Shown here piece by piece: positions 17,643 to 26,909 of a stretch of DNA of 52,715 bases (position 1 is its first letter; each line of letters opens with the position of its first letter). The stretch spans positions 462,181-514,895 of the forward strand of contig JACKDW010000006.1 in the NCBI GenBank assembly GCA_020633295.1, given 5' to 3'. The stretch is from Myxococcales bacterium. Its GTDB lineage: Bacteria; Myxococcota_A; Polyangia; Nannocystales; Nannocystaceae. The notes beneath the pieces are model-generated. The model was not told the origin of the DNA. It did no database searches and worked only from the letters and a program-made list of their open reading frames with translations. The translations under genes were made by a program, and so were the position numbers.

Positions 17643-19991
17643 TCAGCGCTTCCACCACGGCTTGTCGGACTCTAGCGGCTCGGACGCCGGCTCGATCTTC
17701 AATCCCGCCGAGCTGATCTCGACCTCCAGCACGTCGTTCGGGCGCCTCCCAGAGTCCTCGACCTCGACCTCGACCTCGACCTCGACCTCATCCTCCAGGT
17801 CGACTTCGACGGACGCGCTGTCCATCGCGCCGAGATCGATCTCCACGCTCGTGACGGGATTCCTCGTCGGCTGGGCGAACGGCGAGCGCGGCTCTCCCGC
17901 GTGAAATGGGCTCGAGGTCGGCGGCGCGAAGGGCGAGCGCGCGCCGCGGGTCGACGACGAGCGGGGCGCGAGGCGTGACGCGGAGGCCATCCGGCGACTC
18001 TCAGCCTCCTTGAAGCGATTCGCTAGGGTCTTGATGAAGGCCCCCATCCAGGGCTTCATCGCGTCGAACTCCCGCTCGATCACGTCGCCGGTGACCATGA
18101 TCAGCTTCGTGTCCGTGACCGCGACGACGCTCGCCGTTCGCGGCGACTCGGCGAAGATCGCGGTCTCTCCGAACACGTCCCCGGGGCCGAGCATCCGCAA
18201 GGAGACGCGCTCGCCGTCGACGTTCTTGTAGACCTCGAGTCGCCCGACCTCGACGATGTAGGCGGCGTCGCCGACCTCCCCCTCGCGAATGACGTGGGAG
18301 CCCTGCTTGTAGGTGATCGCGGGGAAGTTGCCGCCGCCGCGGATCAGCCGCTGCAGGTCCTGCTTGAGCGCGTCGGTGGTGCCGTAGCGCTCGGCGGGCT
18401 TACGCGAGAGCGCCTTCATCGTGATCCGGACGAGCTCGCGCGGGTACATCACGCCGCTGACGAGCTCCTCGGGCGGCGGGATGACGCAGCGCTGGGCCAT
18501 CCGCAAGGTCTCGATGTTGGAGTGCCCGCGATACGGCGGCTGACCCGTGAGGACCTCATACAGGATCGCGCCGAGCGCGAAGATGTCCGAGCGCTGATCC
18601 ATCTCGGCGTGTCGGCCACGAGCTTGCTCAGGGGACATGTACCCGGGCGTGCCGAAGACGAGCCCCTCGGTCTCCTCGGGCGGCAGCTCCGGCAGCGGGT
18701 CGTGCACGATCATCCGCGACTCGCCCTCGACTTCGAACAGCCGCGCGCCGCCCCAGTCCATCAGATACACCTGCCCGTAGTCGCCGACCATGATGTTCTC
18801 GGACTTGATGTCGCAGTGCAGGACGCCGCGCGAGTGCGCGTAGCCGAGCGCGTCGCAGACCTTGATCAAGATCTCGAGGATGTTGAGCAGCCGATCATGA
18901 TCGTGGCGCTCGGGGTGCCGGATCACCTCCGCGAGGCTGCGGCCGTCGATCAACTTCATCGTGAAGTAGATGCGGTGCTTGGTGTCGAGCCCGAGCTCGT
19001 GCACCGGGACGATGTTGGGGTGCGCGAGCTGCCCGGTGATCTGCGCCTCGCGGAGAAAGCCGCGGACGAGCATCGGCTGCTGATAGGTCCGATCGTGCAG
19101 GAGCTTGATCGCGCAGCGCCGCTGCAGCGCCCGATCGAGGACGACGCCGATGGAGCCGGTCCCTCCACGCGCGATCTCGCCTTCGTAGCGCAGGCGCTCC
19201 CCCCCCTGGGCGAACACGGCGCGCACCATCTCCTGAATCCGCGGATGAAAGCCCGCGACGAGCGCGGCGCGCCTGCTCGCACGCGACGACCGCCGTCGCC
19301 GCGAGGACGGCGCGTCGTCCTCGCGCTCGACCTCATCGGCCTCGTCGCGCTCCTCGACGCGCTCCTCGCCGCGGCCATCTCGTGGCGCGCCCGAGCTGCT
19401 CGCCGGCTCCCGAGCGGACGCGCGCTCCGACGCCTCGCGCGCGCGCAGCAGCGGCGACGGGATCGCCGGCAGCGAGTCGCTCGGCGTGATCGCGTCGGGG
19501 AGCGTCGCGCTCGGTGACACGTTCGACGGCAGCGACTCCTCGAGGATCGGGGACCCGCGGGTTGAAGAGCTCGGGCTCAGCGGGCGCTGTACGCTCGCGC
19601 GCTGCCGGTGCGCGCGCGAGACCGGCGGCGGCGGCGGCTTCGACGACGTGCTGCCGCTCGCGGGCGTGCTGGTGCGGACGCGCACCATCGGCGGTGTGTC
19701 CGTGTTCTCATCGAGCGCGCTGCCAGCGAGCGGCGGCGGCGGGATCATCGACGCCGCGCCGACCGGATCGGCGCGCGGCGCCCTCGATGACTCTGCGCGA
19801 ACGCCCGTGGCGCGTGACGCCTTCGACCCTACGACCGGCGGCGCGGGCACAGGAGCGCCGCGCTTCGACCCGCCGCTCGGGGTCGCGGGCGGCGTCAGGC
19901 GTGAGGAGCCCCCGCTTGCGACGCGTCCGCGGCGACCCGCGCCGGAGCCGGTCGACGGCGGCTTCCCCACGCTCTTTTTCGAGTCCCCCAT
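17643..19991 (-). CDS. Ser/Thr protein kinase with C-terminal cyclic nucleotide-binding (cNMP) domain
   Basis: Kinase catalytic loop HCDIKSENIMV, DWGGA (DFG-equivalent) and GTPGYMSPEQ (APE). The cNMP domain has GDVFGETAIF...PRTASVVA. A Pro/Ser/Arg-rich N-terminal region leaves the start uncertain among several in-frame ATGs. C-terminal (EV)n tail. Confidence 0.85.
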   Translation of the reverse strand: MGDSKKSVGKPPSTGSGAGRRGRVASGGSSRLTPPATPSGGSKRGAPVPAPPVVGSKASRATGVRAESSRAPRADPVGAASMIPPPPLAGSALDENTDTPPMVRVRTSTPASGSTSSKPPPPPVSRAHRQRASVQRPLSPSSSTRGSPILEESLPSNVSPSATLPDAITPSDSLPAIPSPLLRAREASERASAREPASSSGAPRDGRGEERVEERDEADEVEREDDAPSSRRRRSSRASRRAALVAGFHPRIQEMVRAVFAQGGERLRYEGEIARGGTGSIGVVLDRALQRRCAIKLLHDRTYQQPMLVRGFLREAQITGQLAHPNIVPVHELGLDTKHRIYFTMKLIDGRSLAEVIRHPERHDHDRLLNILEILIKVCDALGYAHSRGVLHCDIKSENIMVGDYGQVYLMDWGGARLFEVEGESRMIVHDPLPELPPEETEGLVFGTPGYMSPEQARGRHAEMDQRSDIFALGAILYEVLTGQPPYRGHSNIETLRMAQRCVIPPPEELVSGVMYPRELVRITMKALSRKPAERYGTTDALKQDLQRLIRGGGNFPAITYKQGSHVIREGEVGDAAYIVEVGRLEVYKNVDGERVSLRMLGPGDVFGETAIFAESPRTASVVAVTDTKLIMVTGDVIEREFDAMKPWMGAFIKTLANRFKEAESRRMASASRLAPRSSSTRGARSPFAPPTSSPFHAGEPRSPFAQPTRNPVTSVEIDLGAMDSASVEVDLEDEVEVEVEVEVEDSGRRPNDVLEVEISSAGLKIEPASEPLESDKPWWKR
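17757..17799 (-). repeat. Hexanucleotide tandem repeat (GACCTC)n encoding the (EV)n tail of the kinase
   Basis: Reading of 17757-17799. The translation shows EVEVEVEVEVEVE. Confidence 0.7.
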
Positions 19992-20333
19992 TCAGCGCGT
20001 CGCATCGTCGTTCTACCACATTCCCTGGCCCAGTCCTCGCGCTCCAGGACGTGCGCGTGCGCGCTTGATTCTGCATCAAAAGACAGGTCCGTGGAGGCGG
20101 CCGAGGACCGCACGAACAACGCTCGCGCGCGCATCGCTCCCGAGTCGACGGCCGACGGCCGCGACCGAGCGTGATGTGGGGCGCGCACCGACGATCGCCT
20201 AGCGCTCCGCACCGGGATCTTGGGACGACATCGGACCCATGAGCGACGCGACGCCAGCACGAGCCCGCTGCGGCCGATGAGGGCGGCGCCCTCGGTCTCG
20301 TCCTCGCGCTCGAGTCACCGGCGGACCCCTCAC

Positions 20334-23300
20334 CTAGTCGCGCGCCGAGAACTCGAGCAAGCGGGCGACGAGGCCGGCGAGCACCGTGCTCGCGCGCTCG
20401 AGCTCGTCTCCGGTCTCGGCGTTGGCGATCGCGCCGAGCGGCGCGCGGAGCTCACGACCGACCGCGGCCAGGAACACGCTCGTCGCCCTGCTCGAGGCCT
20501 GCGCCTGCCGCTGCGCGTCTTCGAGCGCCGCCGCGCGCGTCCGCAAGCGAGCTTCCTCGTCACGGTGGGCGCTCACGTCCACGACGAGCACGTACTGGCC
20601 GTCGCCGGAGCTCCTGCCGGTGAAGCTCAGCTCAAACGCGCGCTTGGGGCCGCTCGGCGGCTCGATACAGCGCTCGACCGTGCGGACCGCCCCGTCGAGC
20701 GCGCGCGCGAGGCCGAAGTCCAGCCCTCCCCAGATCGCGCGCCACCACTCCGCCGAGCTCCCCCACTCGGTCGTCAGGTGCTCGAGCGTCTCGTCGCCGC
20801 CCAGCAGGGCCCCCGCCGCGTCGACCGTGATGACCGCGATCCCGAGGGCACGCGTCGCGCTCTCGAGCAGCTCGGTCGCCTCGCGGCGTGCCGCCGCCGC
20901 GGTGAGCTCGCGGCGAATGAGCCGCGCTGACTCAATCGCGAGCGCGACGTAGATCGAGATCGACTGCAGCGCGCGCTCGTCGTCCCGCGTGAACATCCCG
21001 GCCGCGAGGCGGTTGTCGACGTAGAGGACGCCGAGGGGGCGCTCGCCGAGGTTCACGGGCGTCGCGATCACGCTGCGGAGGCCGAGCGTTGTCTCGCTGC
21101 GGGCCCTGCCGGCGAGCTCTCCGGCGGCGCTGATGAACAGGGTGCGCTGCCCCGTGAACACGCGCGTGATGATCTCCTCGTCGCAGCTCGCGCCCGCCGC
21201 GAGCGGGCGACCTCCAGCGCCCCGCGCCGCGACGCGCCGCGGGCTAGAGCCTGTCTCATCGACCATAAACAAAAACCCGCGCTCGGCGCCTAGAAAGCCG
21301 AGCAGCGCGTCGAGGATCAGCTGCGCCTGGTGCTCGAGGCTGCTCGAGCGAGACGCGGAGAGGCTGAGCGCGAGGACGGTCTCGTGGAAGCGCGCGGGGC
21401 CGACATCGAGCTCGAGCGGCGACGCGCTCTCGCGCTTGTCGACGCGCGCGGGGGATGTCGGCGACGGCGGCGCCGGGCTCGGGCGCTCCTGCTGGATCCA
21501 CGCGGCGCGCGTCGCCATCCCGTGCCGATCGGCGAGCGCGAGCGCGAGCGCGCGCGCGCGCTCTGCCGCCGCCGGCATGCCGGCGGACGCGAGCGCGTGC
21601 GCGCGAACCCGCGCTGCCTCGCACAGCGCCCGGGGGCTGTCGATCCGCCGCGCGATGGTCTCGGCTCGCTCGAGCCACGGCTCGACGCGATCGGCCTGAT
21701 CGGTCAGGTAGCAGTACAGCCCCTCCATGACCGCCCACTGCGCCTCCAGGATCGGCACGTCGCTCGCGGCGCGCACGCGATCGAGCAGCATTCGAGCGCG
21801 GTCGCGGACGCGACCGCGGAGCCGTTGTCCAGGCCGCCGGAGCGCGCGAAGCAGCACGCCGTGGGCCGCGGCGAAGAAGCCGTGCCGTCCGTCGACCGTG
21901 AGGCGCCGAGGGTCGAGCCCCAGCTCGAGGAACTGCTCGACGCGGCGATCAAACAGCGCGTCGAGCTCGCCGGTCTCGACGTACACGGTCAGCTCGCCGC
22001 TGAGCAGGCTGGCGCGCGCGTAGATCTCGGAGGCGAACGGGCGCATCGCCGCGCGCGCCCGCTTGAGCTGCTGCAGCGCCGCGCCCCCGAGCCCGCGGCC
22101 CGCGAACACGCAGGCCGCGTAGACCGTGACGACGTGGGTCTGCGCCCGGCGGGCGTCCACGTTGACCAGGAAGCGCTTGCACGCGCGCTCCGCCCACACG
22201 CGCGCCTCCTCGACGTGCCCGCGATCGAACAGGTTCCAGATGAGCGCGAGCGCGATGTTGCCGTAGGCGTCCGCGTCGAGCCGCCGCTCGCCGAGCGCCA
22301 TCGCCTCGCGGTAGGCCGCGAGCGCGTCGCGGGAGTGGCCGAGGAGGTCGAGCCCGTAGCCGCGGTAGCCGACGGCGCGGGTGAGCGCGCCGCGATCGCC
22401 GATGACGCGCGCGAGCTCGATCGAGCGCTTGATGTAGCGACGAAACCGCCCCTCGAGCCCGAGCACCGCCATGACCATGGCGTAGTTGGTGTAGGCGAGC
22501 ACCTGGGCGCGATCGGGGCTCGCGCTCGTCGCCAGCTGGAGCGTGCGGACGGCGGACTGCACGAGCAGGCCGCCGCGCATCGAGAAGTAGGCGGCGTGGT
22601 CGACGACGTAGAGCAGGCGCAGCGCGATGCGGCGACGCTCGGCGTACCTCGCGGTCGTCGTGTCGGCGCGACGGGGCGCGCGGCGAACCAGCGCCGCGAT
22701 CGCGCTGAGCACCGCCCAGACGGACTCGGCGGGCGGCGTCTCGCCGAGCGCCGCGAAGCCGCGCTGGACCTCGTGCATGGCCTCCTCGAGGAAGAAGCCG
22801 GCGACCTTGACCTCCGCGATGCTCGCGTGGATCGACGCGCGCCGCAGCGGGGTGTCGGCGCGCGACAGCGCCTCCGCGAACGCGCGATCGGCCTCGTCGA
22901 TCCGCCCCACGAGGCCGCAGACCTCGCCGCGCAGCGCGAAGAACGAGCCGGGGAGCGCGATGCCGGCGTCACGCGCGACGGACTCCGCCCGCTCGAGGTA
23001 CTGGTGAGCGTCGAGCGGCGCGTGGCGGGCGTGGGCGAGCAGCCCGGCGCGATGGTTGCTCTCGAGCACGCGCTGCGGATCACCCACGCCGACGCCGCCG
23101 GCCGACGCCGCGTTGTAGTGACGCGCGATCGCGAAGACGCTGTCGTGGCCGCGCTCGCGGCTGCGCTCGAGCGCCCGCGCGCACCGGCCGTGGAGCGCGG
23201 CGGCCCGCTCGGCGTCGAGCTGCTCGAGCAGCGCCTCGTGCAGGCGCTCGTCGACGAACGCGTAGCGCCGCTGACCCACGCGCTCGATGACCCGCGAGTC

Positions 23301-25289
23301 GACGCCGAGCGCGAGCGCGCGGTTGAGGGCCGCGCCCGCACGCACGCGCCGCGCCGCGTCGCTCGCCGCGTCGTCGTCGACGAGGAGCTCGGCGAGCAGG
23401 TCGGCGTGAAACCGCCGCCCGATCACCGCGGCCGCGGCGAGCGTCTCGCGCACCGACGTCGGGAGCGCCGCGAGCCGCTGCAGGAGCAGCGTGAGCACGT
23501 TGTCAGGCAGCCCGAGCAGCGCCAGGCGCTCGCGATCAAACACCCACGCGCCCCAGTGCGGGCGCAGCACGCCCGCGTCGAGCATCGCGTGCACGTACTC
23601 GCAGACCTCGAGCGGCAGCCCGCCGGTGCGCGCCGCGATGTGATCGATCACCTTCGCGTCGAGGCCCCCGCCGAGCAGGCTCGCTACCAGGCGCGAGATG
23701 TCGCCGAGCTCGAGCGGGCCGAGGCGCACGCGTCGCGCGACGAGCTCGTCGAGCGGCGCGGCGTGACCGCCCTGCCGCGCGCCGTCCCGGGTAGCGACGA
23801 CGACGCACTGGTGCGCGCTCTCGTCGGCCAGCGCGATCCGCTGCAGCACCTGGGCGCTCGACCAGTCGATCCACTGCGCGTCGTCAATGACGAGCACGAG
23901 CGGCCGCCCGGCCGCGCCGAGCTCCTGGAAGAACTCGGCGATCGCGACGAAGAACACGTCGTCAGCGCTCGGCTCGCCCTCGTCGCGGGTCGGCGCGAAC
24001 GCGGCGAGCCGGGCGCAGAAGCGCGCCAGCGCGTGACCGCGATCGGCGGCGGCGCGCTCGATCGCCGCGCGCGTCGCCTCGCGCTCGATGGTCGGCATGC
24101 GCTCGAGGTCCGCCAGCGCGCGCTCGACCGCGCGACGCAGCGGCGCGAACGGGCTGCGCTGGCGGGGGTCGCAGGCGCCCATGATGACGAGCGCGCCGCT
24201 CGCTCGAGCCCGCTCGCACAGCTCTCGCAGCAGCCTCGTCTTGCCGGTGCCGCCGCGACCCGTGAGGACGATCGTGTCGGGCAGCCCCGCGGACGCGCGC
24301 TCGACCGCCTGACACAGCGCGCGCAGCTCGGCGCCGCGCCCGACGAGGCGCAGCGCGTCACTTGTCTCATAGGACATCCGGATGCCGCCGAGCGCGAGCG
24401 GCTCGCCCCGCGCCGCGCGCTCGTTGAGCTCGCCGACGCGCTCGAGATCATCGGTGAGCGCGAGCGCCGACTCGTAGCGATCGTCCGGGTCCTTGGCGAG
24501 CAGCCGCTCGACGATCGCCGCGAGCGCGACGGAGACGTCCGGCGCGTAGTCGCGGACCCGCGGCGGCGCGTCGCGCCTGTGCATCCGCATCAGCTCGCTG
24601 ACGTCGCTCGACAGGAACGGGGGGCGCCCGGTCGCGCACTCGAACAGGCTCACGCCCAGGGAGTAGAGGTCCGCGCGGCCGTCGACGGGTCGAGGGAGCG
24701 CGCCGGTCTGTTCGGGCGCCGCGTACAGGAAGGTGCCCACGACCGCGCGCCCGGCCTGGAGCTCGCGCGCGCGGGTCGCGAGCCCGAAGTCGACGAGCGC
24801 CGCGCCGCCGCCCGGCGGCAGGATGATGTTGCGCGGCTTGACGTCGCAGTGCACGACGCCGCGCCGGTGCGCCACGTGCAGCGCGCGCGCCAGGCTGCGC
24901 GCGAGCGCGATGATCCGCCCCTCGTCGAGCGGTCCGGCGCGCAGCACCTCGGCGAGCGTCGGCCCGTCGATGATGTCCATGACGAGGAACACGCGCCCGT
25001 CGCTCTCGCCGATCATGTGGATGCGGGCGAGCCCGGGATCATCGAAGCACGCGAGCAGCGAGGCCTCTCGCAGGAACTGCGTGCGCACCTCCGGCTCGAG
25101 ACCGCGGTGCTGGACCTTGATCGCGTAGCGCCGCCCCTTGTGCACGCCGCTGTACACGCGGCTGAAGCTGCCCTCGCCGATCTCGCGCTGCAGCGTGATG
25201 CCGTGCGCCTCGAGGTTCGGCGGCGGGCCTGAGCTGGCGGACGCCATCCGTGAGACAGTACCAGGATCCCGCGGCGCCGGGCCGCGCAC
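20334..25289 (-). CDS. Large multidomain signalling protein: N-terminal Ser/Thr kinase, AAA/NACHT-like ATPase, TPR-like helical repeats, GAF domain and a C-terminal HisKA-like helix
   Basis: 1651 aa. Kinase region (GEGSFSRVYSG...VHCDVKPRNIIL...DFGLA...APE). P-loop LTGRGGTGKTRLLRELCERA. A long alpha-helical repeat region. GAF-like segment (GFLFMVDETGSS...LGVLYVDNR). C-terminus ...VGRELRAPLGAI resembles a HisKA phospho-acceptor helix, but I see no HATPase domain. Confidence 0.85.
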   Translation of the reverse strand: MRGPAPRDPGTVSRMASASSGPPPNLEAHGITLQREIGEGSFSRVYSGVHKGRRYAIKVQHRGLEPEVRTQFLREASLLACFDDPGLARIHMIGESDGRVFLVMDIIDGPTLAEVLRAGPLDEGRIIALARSLARALHVAHRRGVVHCDVKPRNIILPPGGGAALVDFGLATRARELQAGRAVVGTFLYAAPEQTGALPRPVDGRADLYSLGVSLFECATGRPPFLSSDVSELMRMHRRDAPPRVRDYAPDVSVALAAIVERLLAKDPDDRYESALALTDDLERVGELNERAARGEPLALGGIRMSYETSDALRLVGRGAELRALCQAVERASAGLPDTIVLTGRGGTGKTRLLRELCERARASGALVIMGACDPRQRSPFAPLRRAVERALADLERMPTIEREATRAAIERAAADRGHALARFCARLAAFAPTRDEGEPSADDVFFVAIAEFFQELGAAGRPLVLVIDDAQWIDWSSAQVLQRIALADESAHQCVVVATRDGARQGGHAAPLDELVARRVRLGPLELGDISRLVASLLGGGLDAKVIDHIAARTGGLPLEVCEYVHAMLDAGVLRPHWGAWVFDRERLALLGLPDNVLTLLLQRLAALPTSVRETLAAAAVIGRRFHADLLAELLVDDDAASDAARRVRAGAALNRALALGVDSRVIERVGQRRYAFVDERLHEALLEQLDAERAAALHGRCARALERSRERGHDSVFAIARHYNAASAGGVGVGDPQRVLESNHRAGLLAHARHAPLDAHQYLERAESVARDAGIALPGSFFALRGEVCGLVGRIDEADRAFAEALSRADTPLRRASIHASIAEVKVAGFFLEEAMHEVQRGFAALGETPPAESVWAVLSAIAALVRRAPRRADTTTARYAERRRIALRLLYVVDHAAYFSMRGGLLVQSAVRTLQLATSASPDRAQVLAYTNYAMVMAVLGLEGRFRRYIKRSIELARVIGDRGALTRAVGYRGYGLDLLGHSRDALAAYREAMALGERRLDADAYGNIALALIWNLFDRGHVEEARVWAERACKRFLVNVDARRAQTHVVTVYAACVFAGRGLGGAALQQLKRARAAMRPFASEIYARASLLSGELTVYVETGELDALFDRRVEQFLELGLDPRRLTVDGRHGFFAAAHGVLLRALRRPGQRLRGRVRDRARMLLDRVRAASDVPILEAQWAVMEGLYCYLTDQADRVEPWLERAETIARRIDSPRALCEAARVRAHALASAGMPAAAERARALALALADRHGMATRAAWIQQERPSPAPPSPTSPARVDKRESASPLELDVGPARFHETVLALSLSASRSSSLEHQAQLILDALLGFLGAERGFLFMVDETGSSPRRVAARGAGGRPLAAGASCDEEIITRVFTGQRTLFISAAGELAGRARSETTLGLRSVIATPVNLGERPLGVLYVDNRLAAGMFTRDDERALQSISIYVALAIESARLIRRELTAAAARREATELLESATRALGIAVITVDAAGALLGGDETLEHLTTEWGSSAEWWRAIWGGLDFGLARALDGAVRTVERCIEPPSGPKRAFELSFTGRSSGDGQYVLVVDVSAHRDEEARLRTRAAALEDAQRQAQASSRATSVFLAAVGRELRAPLGAIANAETGDELERASTVLAGLVARLLEFSARD

Positions 25290-25355
25290 GTCCCCAGGGA
25301 CAGGCCAATTGTGGACGTCCGACGCGCCCGGGCGGCCCGGCGCGAGCGGCTCGCG

Positions 25356-26801
25356 CTACAGCGACGCGAACAGCTCGAAGGGGATCCCGACGCGCTCCGC
25401 CCAGGCCAGCTCGTTGTGGGGCGCGCCGGGCTCGTGCCAGTGGAACACGTCGACGCCGTCGGCGTAGCCCACGGACTGCAGCGCCGCGTGCAGCTGGAGG
25501 TTGACGCAGTAGTTGTCCGCGTCGTCGCCGTCGTCCTCGATCCCGTCGCCGTCCCCGTCGAAGCAGGCACCCTCGCCGCCCGAGTCGAGGTAGAGCGCGG
25601 TCGCGCGGTGTCCGGCGGCGAGGTAGCGGTCGATCATCGTCAACCCCGGCGGCTGGTCTGGATCGATCGATCCCCAGCCCATGGTGCCCGACATGCTGAT
25701 CGCCATGACGTAGCGCTCCGGGAAGCGGTCGGCGATGTGAAAGGAGATCAGCCCGCCGAGCGACGAGCCCATCACGCCGACGAGCTCGACCTCGCCGTAG
25801 GCCTCCTCGACGAGCGGACGAACGACCAGCTCCACCAGATCCGCGTAGTCGTCCCCGAGCCCGCCGATCGGCCCGCCGCCGATGTCGTCGACGACGTGCG
25901 TGTACTCGTCGACGCGATCGGGCGTGTTCTCGACGCCGATCAGCAAGACCCCTGGCGGCGCGCTCTCGAGCAGCTTCCAGCCGCCCCAGATCGACTCGGG
26001 GTCGAACAGGTTCTGCCCGTCGTGCATGTACAGCGCGCGATCGAACACGCCGTCGTCCGGGACCAGGATCTCGAGATCGCGGGGCGCGAGGCCGTAGCCC
26101 GCGATCGCGTACCAGCGCTCGAGGTGGGCCGCGCTCGCGCGCACCAGCGAGTAGCGCCCGAAGTCGTCGTAGCCGTGGCGACGCCCGAGCGGGTCCGCGA
26201 TCCACTGGTCGACGCCGTCGGTGAACTTGTACAGGCTGCCGTCGGGCGCGGCGATCTCGAGCTCGATCCACGACATCGCCCCGGTCTTCTCCATCGGCGC
26301 CCCGGTCCAGTCGTCGTGATCCCCGGCGAGGCTCCAGCTCTCCGGGCCGCAGAGGCAGGCGAACAGGAACCCGCCGTCTGCGGTCTCCACGGGCAGACCG
26401 CCGCGCGCGGCGATGGTCTCGAGCGCCTCTGCGGGATCGACCTCGCCGGCGATCGCCGCGCGCAGCAGCGCCTCGTCCTCGGCCAGCTCGTCGCCGGTCG
26501 TCGCCCCGCCCGTCCCCTCGCTCGTCTGCCCGGTCTCGCCGGTCTCGCCCGTCGCGCCCGTCTCGCCGGCCGTCGTGCCCGCCGTGGTCGACGGGCCCGT
26601 CCCGTCGCTGGTGGTCGCGCCCCCCGTGCCCGGGCCCGTCGGCGCGTCCGTGTCGACGGGCCCGGCGGTCGTCTCGGAGGGGACCCCGCTCGTCGGGCCC
26701 GCGATCGAGGTGTCGGTCGAGGCGCCGCCGTCGTCCCCGCAGGCCGTCCCGAGCGCCACGAGAAACGCCGTTATTCCGATTTGAGAGGCTTTTTGGAGCA
26801 T
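25356..26801 (-). CDS. Secreted esterase lipoprotein (alpha/beta hydrolase, esterase-D / enterochelin-esterase-like) with N-terminal Thr/Gly-rich linker
   Basis: Start at the ATG at 26799-26801 (MLQKASQIGITAFLVALGTACG, lipobox). GSSLGG nucleophile elbow. The larger 1266-aa ORF is mostly antisense shadow of the cytochrome gene. Confidence 0.85.
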   Translation of the reverse strand: MLQKASQIGITAFLVALGTACGDDGGASTDTSIAGPTSGVPSETTAGPVDTDAPTGPGTGGATTSDGTGPSTTAGTTAGETGATGETGETGQTSEGTGGATTGDELAEDEALLRAAIAGEVDPAEALETIAARGGLPVETADGGFLFACLCGPESWSLAGDHDDWTGAPMEKTGAMSWIELEIAAPDGSLYKFTDGVDQWIADPLGRRHGYDDFGRYSLVRASAAHLERWYAIAGYGLAPRDLEILVPDDGVFDRALYMHDGQNLFDPESIWGGWKLLESAPPGVLLIGVENTPDRVDEYTHVVDDIGGGPIGGLGDDYADLVELVVRPLVEEAYGEVELVGVMGSSLGGLISFHIADRFPERYVMAISMSGTMGWGSIDPDQPPGLTMIDRYLAAGHRATALYLDSGGEGACFDGDGDGIEDDGDDADNYCVNLQLHAALQSVGYADGVDVFHWHEPGAPHNELAWAERVGIPFELFASL

Positions 26802-26909
26802 CGGGCGCACGATATCGCGCTTCTCCTCCCGGGACAATGGGCCGCCGTCGTGACCGGGCGCGCCGCGCCGGCGGTGTATCATCGCGGGCGAGAGCGCGAG
26901 CCTTTTAAC

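Noticed and set aside
21330-25232. 1300-aa ORF (+) antisense to the large multidomain kinase/ATPase gene
   Set aside because: Arg/Ala/Glu-rich with no motif content. The minus strand encodes kinase, P-loop and GAF motifs.
25250-25504. Short ORFs in the 66-bp gap and 5' end region between the large kinase/ATPase gene and the esterase
   Set aside because: Arg/Pro-rich with no RBS. Likely non-coding spacer within an operon.
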